Shown: piece after piece, positions 48,601-60,055 of the stretch
Layout of the letters: each line of letters begins with the position of its first letter
How positions within the stretch are numbered: position 1 is the stretch's first letter
From: an uncultured delta proteobacterium
GTDB lineage: Bacteria; Bdellovibrionota; FAC87; UBA2466
Assembly (NCBI GenBank): GCA_963778115.1
Contig: CAVZSV010000004.1
Span: 2,336,001 to 2,400,000, forward strand
DNA: 64,000 nucleotides
Direction of reading: 5' to 3'
Made by a program: the position numbers and the translations under genes
The notes under the pieces: model-generated
Databases searched by the model: none
Told to the model about the DNA's origin: nothing
Seen by the model: the letters and a program-made list of their open reading frames with translations, nothing else

Positions 48601-49929
48601 AGTGAGATGTCGCGTTTTTGTCTTGGCAATAGCTTCATCGACTTCACTAACCGAATCTTGCAAGAGTTCCGCTAGTTCGGTGTCCAGTTTGAGTTTCGTT
48701 TTATCGCTTAAAGAACCGCTCTGTCTGGAAATGTTTCTTAATTGTTCTCGATCGGTCAGATAGGTTTCCGCTTTAATGAGTTTTGCTTGGACATACAGTT
48801 GCTCTAGCTTTAGCTGCAACTCGTTGACCTTTGCTTCCGTGGTTTGGGCGAGCTTTGCTTTAGCTGTTTGAAGTAGGGGTTCTAAATTTTCCGCGAGGAA
48901 ACTAAAGACGGGGTAGGGTCGATGATCCGAAGTTTGTAATCTCTCAATCTCTTTCTGTAAGGACTCGATATAACGATTTAACGAAGCAATTTTGAAATCC
49001 GTCGTGAGAGTCCCTTGGATGAAGTCGGGAAACACAGAGCTATCTTGTGAAGTGGAGAACTTTTCTACTGAGGTCTTAGCCTTTTCGTATTGAGAAATAA
49101 AGCGATCGATCTCTCTTCGAGAATCTTCCGTTTTTCCTAAGTCAGCCAGGATAAGTGCTCGAATCGATCGTGCTTGAATTGCCTCAATGGAGTGATCGGA
49201 GTCGATTAACGGTGAGGTCAGCTGAAGGGCCTCTGGGAACCGTTTGAGCTGCACTATCGTCCATATTTTTTCAACACTGGAACGGGAGAAATTGGGGGAG
49301 TTCGCCGGAATCGAGTTATAAAAGGAGAGGGCTTTATCGTATTGATGGGTGGCGTAGGCTACTCTTGCTAAACCCAATTGGGCGAGTTCACGAAGAGTTT
49401 GCGCCTGCTGAGCCACGTTAGCCGTGGCAAGCTGGGCGGCTTTGGCTCCCCAATCACTCTTCGCTAGGGGGTTAGTGACAGGAGGCGTCGTTAGAATTTT
49501 ACTAAACTCGCTGTTGGCTTCGTCGTACTTTTTAGCGGCTACCGCAGTTGAGCCTAGTAAATAATGGGTCGCATTTTCCGCCCGGAGTTGATCCATCTTA
49601 TCCGGAAGATTAGTCAATGGCACCCACCCTCGGAAGATAGCGCTAAGTTCGGCCAGACGATCGTTACCTTGCGGAACATTGGCCCACTGTTCCCTGGGGA
49701 TTCGCTTTAAGAAAAACAGAGCGGAATGGGGAAGATCTAATTGGAAGAGCGCTCTTGCTCCTTCCCACTTCGCGGTGTTCTGTCTAATGTCGTGGATAAG
49801 AATCTCATGGGCGGTTTCAGCCGCCTGTTCCCACTGATTCTTAGAACTGGCACTTTCGAGATCTTGAACCGTGGGAGTCGCGTAAGCAGAGAGGGCCGCT
49901 AATAGCGGCAGGGTCAGCAGTAGCTTCAT
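45688..49929 (-). CDS. Large secreted TPR protein, GltD/AgmU-like with GltC-like and GltE-like ends
   Basis: 1413 aa, signal peptide, many TPRs; YTLYKLGWCAY...LQREAKRDL GltD-like core; cluster context. Confidence 0.8.
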   Translation of the reverse strand: MKLLLTLPLLAALSAYATPTVQDLESASSKNQWEQAAETAHEILIHDIRQNTAKWEGARALFQLDLPHSALFFLKRIPREQWANVPQGNDRLAELSAIFRGWVPLTNLPDKMDQLRAENATHYLLGSTAVAAKKYDEANSEFSKILTTPPVTNPLAKSDWGAKAAQLATANVAQQAQTLRELAQLGLARVAYATHQYDKALSFYNSIPANSPNFSRSSVEKIWTIVQLKRFPEALQLTSPLIDSDHSIEAIQARSIRALILADLGKTEDSRREIDRFISQYEKAKTSVEKFSTSQDSSVFPDFIQGTLTTDFKIASLNRYIESLQKEIERLQTSDHRPYPVFSFLAENLEPLLQTAKAKLAQTTEAKVNELQLKLEQLYVQAKLIKAETYLTDREQLRNISRQSGSLSDKTKLKLDTELAELLQDSVSEVDEAIAKTKTRHLTLEFRQAELLWELSGAESTLAAKNGSAPDNEKASGYQRRALRIAQDIVQNAPRFKNYAGALFLAGFAEMKLGQENLGIQDLQNFVKAYPTHSRTADAYRILADDAFDKGNTAIAEGYYKKILSFSDSNLIGYTLYKLGWCAYERNDFPKALQSLEQAVAWSDQWEKSEALSALQREAKRDLISIYAEVGDSHKAPEYFQKFMKGETAPWIIDLAKQLDNSGQYDKSAELYRYLITSDPNNSDNLSYATAIVTGYYKLREWPNVMLSMRQLVDNYRPQLSEATTEEKPPGKTEKVLREVVTTAHAEFQNSKEAADLAFLGEIDELYLSTFSAWPGSEGPLYHHASLLLKTHDYEGAVTAFRNHWNRFNAVLEASVREESLRNLIQALEKIDDREKVTTNTLSAPAAEILQDIAIYKGSYPNSKYIRPITYLGSAIYFKYNQDAKGVTESQFVFDYNPNDSYAKKAFQNLRVAYYKKKDWESTYQWAKEMSARRMPGMQAYADDLKTIRRESLFLWAENTKDDVTAAGLYLDVTKEPDMQSIWAKSYYNAFLRYQKVNHRWDALQVANRLEQLFPSYEGLSQIAGSRAAILQEAGDYVSAYPLLLEMLRSDRQSSPEAFEQARLNTALISEAGGKWSDAELYFHDYLQNAARATPGGVVEAKRGLSRLHFREGRGVASVPPQWERVFQEQAAYQKSPLPSSGSLPERIASGGRKLEALSKELFGASSDPKVSEDTAFEAFCAVPFLYDAYAKSLDELAFTASDSVRKEIRKIATPVAAKAKSLGEECIRKSMEAEHDGPNFRRVNQTWGWEWDPILAQKARAFLEVLRGHYPWAESAPVVETEAALIKSNLTGSTPGDEASWYSLARTRCEQKQYGLCRLTVMDALNRFPNSGRLLNMSAVLQEGTPEGRNLASVFEHAAQVGASYAWANLGVYQLKGGRFTPAMKALTQALEAGVFDSNLQLKTMVKEWTKS

Positions 49930-49960
49930 GATTTAAGCTCTTAGTAATGTTTTGAAAAAC

Positions 49961-50656
49961 TTAGGATTTAGAAATCTTTGATTCGACGTAACTCTTAAGA
50001 ACGCGCCGGTGTACTGGGTTTACGCGAGTAAATTCTATGGCGACTGCGTTTTCCCCGTCTCTGATCTGTTCACGAACTAAAAGTCCGGTCATATCCAAAG
50101 ACTTTCCTAAGGCTTTTGCGTGCAGCGTGAAACGCACTTCGGTCCCGATGATAGGAATATCATCGGGAAGATTTATAAATATTCCTGATTCACTTAAATT
50201 TAGAATTTCGTGACGCGATCCGTCTTCCAAAGTGATTATGCCGTCTAGGGTAACCCGTTGCATCCGCGGGATCTCAACCCTGTGCGATCTCGAAGGCACC
50301 GGCGTGTGGGAGGCGTTCTTGCTGTTTTTGACAACATGCATGGGGACCACGTTCGCCCGGGCCGGAATCGTTTCCGTTCGTGCGCCAGCGGTGATCTTGG
50401 CGCTAGGCGTCATCTGAGCAGCAGCTGCTGCGGTTCGGGGAATCTCTCCTGAGGGGCTACTAGGCACTAAGTGATTAAAAGCGGATAGTTCACCCAACCT
50501 TACCCAATTCGCCATTCCTTCCGTCCAACCGAAATCAGAGAACTGCAGACGGCGTTTTTCCAAAAGCGCATAGACGACAGATTCCGTGAGCGGACCGATA
50601 GTATCGCCATCTACATGGAGGAACCAACTTTTGGGGAGCATTCTTAATTCTATCAT
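49961..50656 (-). CDS. GYF_2 (DUF4339) plus PilZ domain protein
   Basis: WFLHVDGDTIGPL...GWTEGMANW GYF_2 pattern; C-terminal ILNLSESGIFI...AIEF PilZ barrel. Confidence 0.85.
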   Translation of the reverse strand: MIELRMLPKSWFLHVDGDTIGPLTESVVYALLEKRRLQFSDFGWTEGMANWVRLGELSAFNHLVPSSPSGEIPRTAAAAAQMTPSAKITAGARTETIPARANVVPMHVVKNSKNASHTPVPSRSHRVEIPRMQRVTLDGIITLEDGSRHEILNLSESGIFINLPDDIPIIGTEVRFTLHAKALGKSLDMTGLLVREQIRDGENAVAIEFTRVNPVHRRVLKSYVESKISKS

Positions 50657-50805
50657 AAACTATCAGAGCTCAAATCAAGGCGATCATGTACGTCGGTAAA
50701 TCCTTGATGTTCCAGAAAAATAATAATGAAAATTCTGTTGTGAGGGCGGTGCGTCGTATTTCAGTGAAAGCAATCTGGAAATAGGAGTCTGTGATCTTAA
50801 TGAGT

Positions 50806-50877
50806 GTCGCGAGACGGCAATCTCAGTTAGGACCCCTTCCGATCCCACGAGATTGCCGTCGCCAACTTTATTGCGAC
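50806..50877. repeat. Intergenic inverted repeat (REP-like) downstream of ndk
   Basis: Perfect GACGGCAATCTC/GAGATTGCCGTC stem (50813-50824/50849-50860) plus outer GTCGCGA/TTGCGAC. Confidence 0.6.
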
Positions 50878-51284
50878 TACATTTCGTTCTTGAAGAAGTA
50901 ATTGATTTCGCGTGCGGCGGAAGTGGGACTGTCCGAGCCGTGAACGCTGTTAGCTTCGAGACTTTCTCCGTAAAGTTTACGAATGGTCTGAGGAGCCGCT
51001 TTGGCCGGATCGGTGGCTCCCATTAGTTTTCGCCACTTGGCCACGGCATCAGGTGATTCCAAGACAAAGACGAGAACTGGCCCCGTCGTCATAAAACTCA
51101 CCAGACTGCCGAAAAAAGGGCGATCTTTGTGTTCGGCATAGAACCCTTCCGCTTCTGCCTTGCTCAGTGTTTTCATCTTGGCGGCGACAATTTTAAAACC
51201 ATCGTCTTCCACCAGAGTAAAAATTTTTCCGATGAGATTCTTTTTAACCGCATTTGGTTTAATTATTCCAAACGTTCTTTCCAT
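50877..51284 (-). CDS. ndk: Nucleoside diphosphate kinase
   Basis: [29 protein letters not shown]. Confidence 0.98.
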   Translation of the reverse strand: MERTFGIIKPNAVKKNLIGKIFTLVEDDGFKIVAAKMKTLSKAEAEGFYAEHKDRPFFGSLVSFMTTGPVLVFVLESPDAVAKWRKLMGATDPAKAAPQTIRKLYGESLEANSVHGSDSPTSAAREINYFFKNEM

Positions 51285-51297
51285 GAGATGTGGTCTC

Positions 51298-52170
51298 CTA
51301 TTTTCTTAAAAGTTTTGCCATCGTTTCACCGATGGTGGCTGGAGTCTTGGCAACGGCAACTCCCGCTGATTCCAGTGCTTTGATCTTGTCCGAGGCTTTG
51401 CCGCTTCCCCCGCTAATGATAGCTCCCGCATGCCCCATCCTTTTTCCGGGAGGAGCTGTCTGGCCACCGATAAATCCCACCACCGGTTTCTTGACTCGAG
51501 CTTTTATGTACTCGGCAGCTATCTCTTCCGCGGAGCCACCGATCTCGCCAATCATGACGATAGCCTCCGTTTCGGGATCCGCATTAAATCTTTCTATTAC
51601 ATCAAGAAACGACAAGCCGTTGATGGGATCGCCTCCAATGCCCACACAAGTGGACTGTCCGATTCCCAATTGGGTGAGTTGGTGTACCGCTTCGTAGGTC
51701 AAAGTTCCGCTACGGGATACGAGCCCAACCTTCCCCGCTTTATGGATATAGCCAGGCATAATGCCTATCTTGCATTGATCGGGAGTAATGATTCCGGGGC
51801 AGTTCGGTCCAATGAGAAGGCTTCGCTTTTGTTTTAAATAGTTTTTTACCATCACCATGTCGAGAATCGGAATTCCTTCGGTGATGCAAATGATAAGCTC
51901 TACACCGCTGTCTGCCGCCTCAATGATAGCGTCGGCAGCAAACGGGGCCGGAACGTAAATCATAGTCGCATTGGCATGGGTCGCTTCGACCGCTTCGGCG
52001 ACGGAATTATAGACGGGAATCCCTTCTACCGATTCACCACCTTTGCCGGGAGTCACTCCTCCTACGACTTTGGTACCATAGTCTTTGCAGGTTTTAGCGT
52101 GGTAAGCACCTGCTTGACCGGTGATTCCTTGCACGATGAGTTTTGTGGAAGCGTTGACTAAAATACTCAT
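51298..52170 (-). CDS. sucD: Succinyl-CoA synthetase alpha subunit
   Basis: [36 protein letters not shown]. Confidence 0.99.
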   Translation of the reverse strand: MSILVNASTKLIVQGITGQAGAYHAKTCKDYGTKVVGGVTPGKGGESVEGIPVYNSVAEAVEATHANATMIYVPAPFAADAIIEAADSGVELIICITEGIPILDMVMVKNYLKQKRSLLIGPNCPGIITPDQCKIGIMPGYIHKAGKVGLVSRSGTLTYEAVHQLTQLGIGQSTCVGIGGDPINGLSFLDVIERFNADPETEAIVMIGEIGGSAEEIAAEYIKARVKKPVVGFIGGQTAPPGKRMGHAGAIISGGSGKASDKIKALESAGVAVAKTPATIGETMAKLLRK

Positions 52171-53339
52171 CGCGAACCTCCCGCGGCGGTTACCACTTTT
52201 TGGGCCGCATCTTTCATCCCTTCAGCGGGAATAATTTTTAGTTGGGACTCAGAAAGAATCTTTTTTCCTTGAGCCACATTAGTTCCTTCGAGCCGAACCA
52301 CGAGGGGGACGATTAATTGAAGCTCGCGGGCCGCCGAAATAATCCCTGCGGCGATTACATCGCATTTCATAATACCGCCAAAGATATTGACTAAAATTGC
52401 CTTAACCTTCTTGTCTTGGAGAATAATCTTAAAGGCTTCGCGAACTTTATCTTCGGTGGCGCCTCCTCCGACATCTAGGAAGTTAGCGGGACTACCGCCT
52501 TCATATTTGATGATATCCATCGTGGCCATGGCGAGTCCGGCGCCATTGACCATGCAGCCGATGTTTCCGTCCAAACTGATGTAGCTCAATTCGAACTTCT
52601 TTGCCTGGGTCTCATTAGGGTCTTCTTCGTTGGGATCGCTTAGTTCAAGAAAAGCCGAATGTCTAAAGAGAGCGTTATCGTCGAAAGTTATTTTAGCGTC
52701 GAGGGCAACAAGCCCTCCTTGTCCTGTCAAAACGAGTGGGTTGATCTCAGCGAGCGAACCATCACATTCGTTGAAAAAACGAACTAGCTTTTTAAGCAGA
52801 TCCGGAAATTGTTTTGCCGCTGCTCCCTTAAAACCAAGTCGGGAGGCGAGACGTCGAGTTTGATAATCACGCAGTCCCACCGTGGGATCGATCCACTCTT
52901 TAAAAATCTTTTCAGGAGTGCTGTGGGCGACCTCTTCGATATCCATTCCGCCGGCGGGACTCGCGATGATGGCTAGTTTTTGCGCGTCCCTGTCGAGGGT
53001 TACGGCCAAGTAGTATTCGGCGGCGATGTTGGCTCCTTCTTCAATGAGAAGGCGCTTGACCACTTTTCCTTCGGGGCCGGTCTGTGGGGTGATGAGGGTC
53101 ATTCCCAAGATAGCCTGAGAGAAGGCGCGCACCTCTTCCAAGGTCTTTGCGACTTTAACGCCGCCGCCTTTTCCTCGGCCTCCAGCGTGAATTTGCGCTT
53201 TTACCACCCAAGGGCCGTTTTTGGATACCGACGGGGCAGCTTGAACCGCCTCTTCCACCGTAAAAACCGCTTTACCCTGCGGAACGGGGATTTGGTATTT
53301 TCGGAAGAGCTCTTTCGCTTGATATTCGTGAATTTTCAT
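52167..53339 (-). CDS. sucC: Succinyl-CoA synthetase beta subunit
   Basis: [52 protein letters not shown]. Confidence 0.99.
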   Translation of the reverse strand: MKIHEYQAKELFRKYQIPVPQGKAVFTVEEAVQAAPSVSKNGPWVVKAQIHAGGRGKGGGVKVAKTLEEVRAFSQAILGMTLITPQTGPEGKVVKRLLIEEGANIAAEYYLAVTLDRDAQKLAIIASPAGGMDIEEVAHSTPEKIFKEWIDPTVGLRDYQTRRLASRLGFKGAAAKQFPDLLKKLVRFFNECDGSLAEINPLVLTGQGGLVALDAKITFDDNALFRHSAFLELSDPNEEDPNETQAKKFELSYISLDGNIGCMVNGAGLAMATMDIIKYEGGSPANFLDVGGGATEDKVREAFKIILQDKKVKAILVNIFGGIMKCDVIAAGIISAARELQLIVPLVVRLEGTNVAQGKKILSESQLKIIPAEGMKDAAQKVVTAAGGSR

Positions 53340-53344
53340 TTGGG

Positions 53345-55511
<2,167 letters not shown>

Positions 55512-55566
55512 AGGGGCTGACTCCTCATCTGGTCGTGGTCTTAAATCCTTTAAAAAACGCCGCTAA

Positions 55567-55596
55567 AGCTTAGTTAACGAGGTTGAAGCTTGTCAA
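55567..55596 (-). promoter_or_regulatory. Putative sigma70-type promoter of the icd-mdh-sucCD-ndk operon
   Basis: Minus strand TTGACA-N18-TAAGCT. Confidence 0.55.
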
Positions 55597-55633
55597 CGAA
55601 TGGCCCTCGATTTAACTTATTGTCTGATTTACC

Positions 55634-55978
55634 ATGGACAAACTTCCCTCTTCGAATGCCCCTGCTTTGCTGACACGTCATTGCGATGACTGTTCGGGCC
55701 TTTCTCGGCTGTCGGCCAAAGAAGCGGGTATTTTAATGACTCAACTGAAGGGGTGGAGTTTAGGTGAGGCGACTCTTGAGAAGGAGTTTGTCTTTTCCAA
55801 TTTTGTTAAGGCACTGGATTGGGTAAATCGGGTGGGTAAGTTGGCCGAGTCCGAAGGACATCATCCTGATATCCTTTTGCATGACTACAAGAAGGTTAGG
55901 ATCTCATTGTGGACCCATACGATCTGTGGACTTACCGAAAACGACTTTATTTTGGCGGCAAAAATCGATGAAATCTAA
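55634..55978 (+). CDS. phhB: Pterin-4-alpha-carbinolamine dehydratase
   Basis: AESEGHHPDI, LWTH..GLTENDFILAAKID. Confidence 0.93.
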   Translation: MDKLPSSNAPALLTRHCDDCSGLSRLSAKEAGILMTQLKGWSLGEATLEKEFVFSNFVKALDWVNRVGKLAESEGHHPDILLHDYKKVRISLWTHTICGLTENDFILAAKIDEI

Positions 55979-57050
55979 AATATCTTATAAACTCGTCTTC
56001 CTTTTCCTAGGCCTAGCAGCCCAGGCGTTCGGCACCTATCTGCCCGACGAAAAAAACAATATTGATATCTACCGAAAATCCAGCGGTGCGGTGGTCAATA
56101 TCACGGCGACTACTTTGCAGCGGGATTTCTTTTTTGAAGTCGTTCCCCAAAAGGGGTTGGGCTCTGGGGCTATCATTAGATCCGAGGGCTATATTCTGAC
56201 GAACAATCATGTCATTGGTGATGCGGTCGATGTGGAGGTCACCCTGAATGACAAAAGCCAGTTTCCGGCGAAAGTCATAGGGCGCGACGCTGATTCTGAT
56301 CTCGCCGTCATTAAGATTGACCCTAAAGGAAGAAAACTTTCGACATTGGATTTTGGAAACTGGGAATCGTTAGCGGTCGGGCAAAAAGTACTGGCTATCG
56401 GAAATCCTTTCGGTCTCGGAGGATCCTTGAGTGTTGGAGTGGTGAGCTCCTTGGGAAGAGATATTCGCGCGACATCACAAAGTCCTATCATTAAAGACGT
56501 TATCCAGACCGATGCTGCTATCAATCCAGGAAATTCCGGAGGACCACTTTTGGATAGCTCGGGAAAACTCATCGGAATCAATGCGCAGATCTATACCCAA
56601 AGTGGCGGGAACGAAGGCATTGGATTTGCGATTTCGATTAAGACTTTGAAAAAAGTCGTTCCGGAACTTATTCAGTTTGGCCAAGTCCTAAGACCATGGC
56701 TCGGACTGGAAGGAGTAGGACTTCCTCGCGTACTTCTGGCGAACCAAGGAATTCCGGCCCCTCATGGCGTCATGCTCGTCGGGGTTTACGAGGATAGTCC
56801 AGCATCACGCGCAGGTCTTAAGGCTGCGACCAAAGAATTAGTTTACGGGTTTCGGTCCATCCCCTACGGCGGCGATGTGATCTATAAAATAGATAGCACT
56901 CCCATCATGGATTACCGCGATATTTTGGATTATCTCTCGGAAAAGAAAAACGGCGAGTCGATCGTCGTCCACTTCTATCGGGGAAAGGTGGCAAAGACTG
57001 TGACGGTTAAACTTACTTTGCCGCCTAATAGTGAAGCGAAGAGTTTGTAG
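55968..57050 (+). CDS. HtrA/DegQ-like serine protease with one PDZ domain
   Basis: LTNNHV, SDLAVIK, IQTDAAINPGNSGGPL, RPWLG, DSPASRAGL; signal peptide from MKSKI. Confidence 0.95.
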   Translation: MKSKISYKLVFLFLGLAAQAFGTYLPDEKNNIDIYRKSSGAVVNITATTLQRDFFFEVVPQKGLGSGAIIRSEGYILTNNHVIGDAVDVEVTLNDKSQFPAKVIGRDADSDLAVIKIDPKGRKLSTLDFGNWESLAVGQKVLAIGNPFGLGGSLSVGVVSSLGRDIRATSQSPIIKDVIQTDAAINPGNSGGPLLDSSGKLIGINAQIYTQSGGNEGIGFAISIKTLKKVVPELIQFGQVLRPWLGLEGVGLPRVLLANQGIPAPHGVMLVGVYEDSPASRAGLKAATKELVYGFRSIPYGGDVIYKIDSTPIMDYRDILDYLSEKKNGESIVVHFYRGKVAKTVTVKLTLPPNSEAKSL

Positions 57051-57142
57051 GCAGATGCTAAATGACAAACGCTAAAAACTAAAAGCCCCAACTTAGGACT
57101 GACGTAAAAAGTCTGTCATTGGATGTGCCGATGATACCCCGA

Positions 57143-57172
57143 CGCCCCGAGGGGGCGATCCTTATTTATTTT
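57143..57172 (+). terminator. Putative intrinsic terminator after the HtrA gene
   Basis: CGCCCC-GAG-GGGGCG hairpin followed by ATCCTTATTTATTTT. Confidence 0.45.
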
Positions 57173-57229
57173 GTCAGGTGTCAGGCGAATCGCTAGATTT
57201 GACGAACTGCGAAGCAGCAGCAGAGATAG

Positions 57230-58162
57230 CTACCGACGAGCCTTTACCTTTTTTTTCGTCGGGAAAGCGATTACTTCACTCCGCAAGGGGTCGACGTCGG
57301 CGCTCGAGTCTTCGGTAAGACCTCCCAGCTCCTGCTTAAGACTTTTCTTAAATATACCCAGCGATTGCGGTTTGAGGGTAGCAATGGTGCTTATTGATTT
57401 GGCAAAGGAAGGAGATTTCTTTCCGACCCAGAAAAGAGAAACTTCCGGATGGCTTTTGCGGAAATGATTCATCCACTTTTCTAGGGGTTTTCCGTTTCCC
57501 ATGTCGTCGAAAATCACGATCGCGCGGGCTGGAAAAAGATCGTTATTGGCAGCACTAACGATCCAATCAAAGGGTTGTTCGGCGATAAGAGCCTGCCATC
57601 CCGGAAGCTCCTCCACGGTTTGGCGAGTAAGTTGGCGATTGACGGTATTTTGAGAAAGCACCAGCACGACATTATTAGTGGGGGTTGCCTTTCGAGTTTG
57701 AGCGCTGCCGACAGAGAGCCAATTCTCGCTTTCTGGAAAATAGGCTTCGGCGTAGGTCACTCCAATTCGGCCGGTCTCACATTCGATATAGACATGACGG
57801 ACGACACTTCGGCCCACATCTTGCGCAATGACTTCAATTCGTTTCTCTTTCGCCCAGTTCCCAACTTCATCAAGAAGGGAGGAATTTAGAGAACTCATTC
57901 CAAATAGTTTTAGGCGCAAGTGTTCCGCCCGAGCTCCTCCCGTTGTTCCCATTTTTGAATGAAGTGCTGCCAACCATTCGATCAATTCTTTAGGGTGCGA
58001 CTGTTGCGAGAAGAAAACCGCACCACAACTCTTCGAAGAGGGAGAAGTGATCACCACCAGCAATTCGCGATTGAGAGTTGCCGTAATTTTTGCGGGCGCC
58101 TTAAAAACGTAGACTCCATCCTTAGTTAAAGGAATTGCATGAAGTTTCATGAGTGTTTCCAT
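57230..58162 (-). CDS. Degenerate CheD-like domain fused to a receiver-like domain
   Basis: LRLKLFGM...IEVIAQDVGRSVVRHVYIECETGRI matches the CheD C-terminal pattern; VLVLSQNTVNRQL resembles a REC N-terminus without acidic residues. Confidence 0.6.
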   Translation of the reverse strand: METLMKLHAIPLTKDGVYVFKAPAKITATLNRELLVVITSPSSKSCGAVFFSQQSHPKELIEWLAALHSKMGTTGGARAEHLRLKLFGMSSLNSSLLDEVGNWAKEKRIEVIAQDVGRSVVRHVYIECETGRIGVTYAEAYFPESENWLSVGSAQTRKATPTNNVVLVLSQNTVNRQLTRQTVEELPGWQALIAEQPFDWIVSAANNDLFPARAIVIFDDMGNGKPLEKWMNHFRKSHPEVSLFWVGKKSPSFAKSISTIATLKPQSLGIFKKSLKQELGGLTEDSSADVDPLRSEVIAFPTKKKVKARR

Positions 58163-58252
58163 CGTAGATTTTGGGTGAAGGTGCGTAAAAAGGGGGCGAA
58201 AAATAACTTTAAATCTGAGTAGATTTTATCATTTAAGGGAGAGAATGTCGCG

Positions 58253-59011
58253 TCATTTGCGGATTTCTTTGATTGCGTATGTCGTCGTGAATGCCAGGAT
58301 TTGGTCCCGGCAAACATGAAGCAATTCCTTTAGCCTGCGAATTTCATCGTCTTTTTGGGCGAGACGACTCTGGATTTCCGGAGATTCTGTGGCTGCTTTC
58401 GGGGCCTCTTCAAGTCCCGGAAGCACATTATGGGCCGCGTGATAGCTTGCTGCGTTGGCGTTGGAGCGGTGTAACTCCTCTACCTCCACCAGCACCTGTT
58501 CGAGTTGCATTCTCATACTTTCGCACTTTTCGATGGCAAGGTTTTTGGAATGCTCGGTCGACTCGATTGTCTTAAGCGCCAGTTCATGTTTTTGTGCCGC
58601 AAGTCGAACTTCGTCTTTAAGTTCATCTATTCTTGTGACGGCTCGGCTGTACATCTCGCGGGTATTGGCGTTTTCTTCCTCTAGACGTTTTATCTGGAGT
58701 GATAACGTCTCTTCGGAACTTGTAGGTGGTAGAGGCGTTTTCTCTTCAAAGCACTCACCTATCATCTCTATTTTAGGTTCGTCGTTATGGGGCTCACCAA
58801 AAAGCGGATCACCAATAGTCTCAGGCTGTTTTATTTTAGTCTTCTGAACCGTTTCCGTATCGGAACTACGCAAGAGTTTCAGAATATAAAAAATAAGTAC
58901 GCCCGAGATGGCAAAAAACAATGATACGACAATGATCACTGGTGCACTCGATGATGTGAAGACCGGACCTTTTAATCCGGCTCCTAGTTTTGCCAGGTTC
59001 CCTCTCATCAT
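58253..59011 (-). CDS. Single-TM coiled-coil protein
   Basis: TM VIIVVSLFFAISGVLIFYIL followed by E/K/L-rich heptads. Confidence 0.75.
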   Translation of the reverse strand: MMRGNLAKLGAGLKGPVFTSSSAPVIIVVSLFFAISGVLIFYILKLLRSSDTETVQKTKIKQPETIGDPLFGEPHNDEPKIEMIGECFEEKTPLPPTSSEETLSLQIKRLEEENANTREMYSRAVTRIDELKDEVRLAAQKHELALKTIESTEHSKNLAIEKCESMRMQLEQVLVEVEELHRSNANAASYHAAHNVLPGLEEAPKAATESPEIQSRLAQKDDEIRRLKELLHVCRDQILAFTTTYAIKEIRK

Positions 59012-59024
59012 CGTTCCTTCATAA

Positions 59025-59057
59025 GAAGTAGGGGACGTCCGAGGTTGTCCCCACTTC
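59025..59057 (-). terminator. Stem-loop 3' of the second flagellin
   Basis: GAAGT(A)GGGGAC...GTCCCC-ACTTC; weak U tract, may be an mRNA-stabilising hairpin. Confidence 0.4.
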
Positions 59058-59079
59058 GAATTAATTAGGAGTTTAACGA

Positions 59080-59916
59080 CTACTGGCGAAGCAATTGCAG
59101 CGCAATTGCTGGCGTCTGGTTCGCTTGTGCTAACACAGCAACACCCGACTGCCGAATGATAGTTTCTCGCGCGAGATTGGTACTCTCTTGCGCGATATCC
59201 GTGTCGCGGATACGCGATTTTGCCGCACTCAGGTTTTCAGCGAAGATCGAGGCAGTGGACATCGTCGTTTGAAGACGGCTCTGCATCGAACCAACCTTTG
59301 CGCGGACTTCATTTACTTTTTGCATTCCGGCGTCAAGTCGCTCTAGGGACTCTTGGGCACCCTCTTTAGAGGAAATATCAATGCCGTCGATGCCTAAAGA
59401 ACCAGCGGTAAGATTGGCTTGTCCCGGGTCAAACGAGATGCGATCCACATCGGGATTGTTGTCAGTCCCGACTTGGAATTCTAGGACGGGAGCCGACCCG
59501 TTAAGAAGAGTTTTTCCGGCGTACTTAGTGGTTTGCGAAATGCGTTCGACTTCGCTCTTGAGCTCTTGCACTTCATTGTTGATGAGTGAACGCTCTTTGT
59601 CACCGACAGTGTCGGATGACGATTGCATCGCAAGTTCGCGAATGCGCATCAACGAATTATTAATTTCGTTGGTGCCGCCTTCGAAAACCTGAATGAGCGA
59701 CGCTCCGTCTTGCGCATTGCGAACAGCCTGACCAAGACTGCGGACAGTCGAGTTCAGAGTATCCGATATGGCCAAACCGGCCGCATCATCAGATGCCTTG
59801 TTAATTCGGCTGCCCGAAGACAGCTTCTCCATGGTCGACTCTAAACGATTACCAGTGGACTCCAAAGTCCGCTGGGCGTTTAGCGCCGCCTCATTGGTCA
59901 TGATACGTAACGACAT
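59080..59916 (-). CDS. fliC: Flagellin (short, 278 aa)
   Basis: MSLRIMTN, KLSSGSRINKASDDAAGLAI, SRIRDTDIA, VLAQANQ. Confidence 0.98.
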   Translation of the reverse strand: MSLRIMTNEAALNAQRTLESTGNRLESTMEKLSSGSRINKASDDAAGLAISDTLNSTVRSLGQAVRNAQDGASLIQVFEGGTNEINNSLMRIRELAMQSSSDTVGDKERSLINNEVQELKSEVERISQTTKYAGKTLLNGSAPVLEFQVGTDNNPDVDRISFDPGQANLTAGSLGIDGIDISSKEGAQESLERLDAGMQKVNEVRAKVGSMQSRLQTTMSTASIFAENLSAAKSRIRDTDIAQESTNLARETIIRQSGVAVLAQANQTPAIALQLLRQ

Positions 59917-60055
59917 ACTACCTCCTAATTAATCCGGTACACCTCCTTCTTGGTGATCCGCGGACAAAATATCCGCGGTTACTTCTTGTACTGCCGAAAT
60001 GATTTACTAACAGTTTGAACGAACTCCTTGCGAAACTTTTTTACTACTTTGTCCC

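Noticed and set aside
57105..57134. Plus-strand sigma28-like site (GCCGATGA) after the HtrA gene
   Set aside because: TAAA lies at an 18-nt spacing, not 15, and no supported gene or sRNA follows
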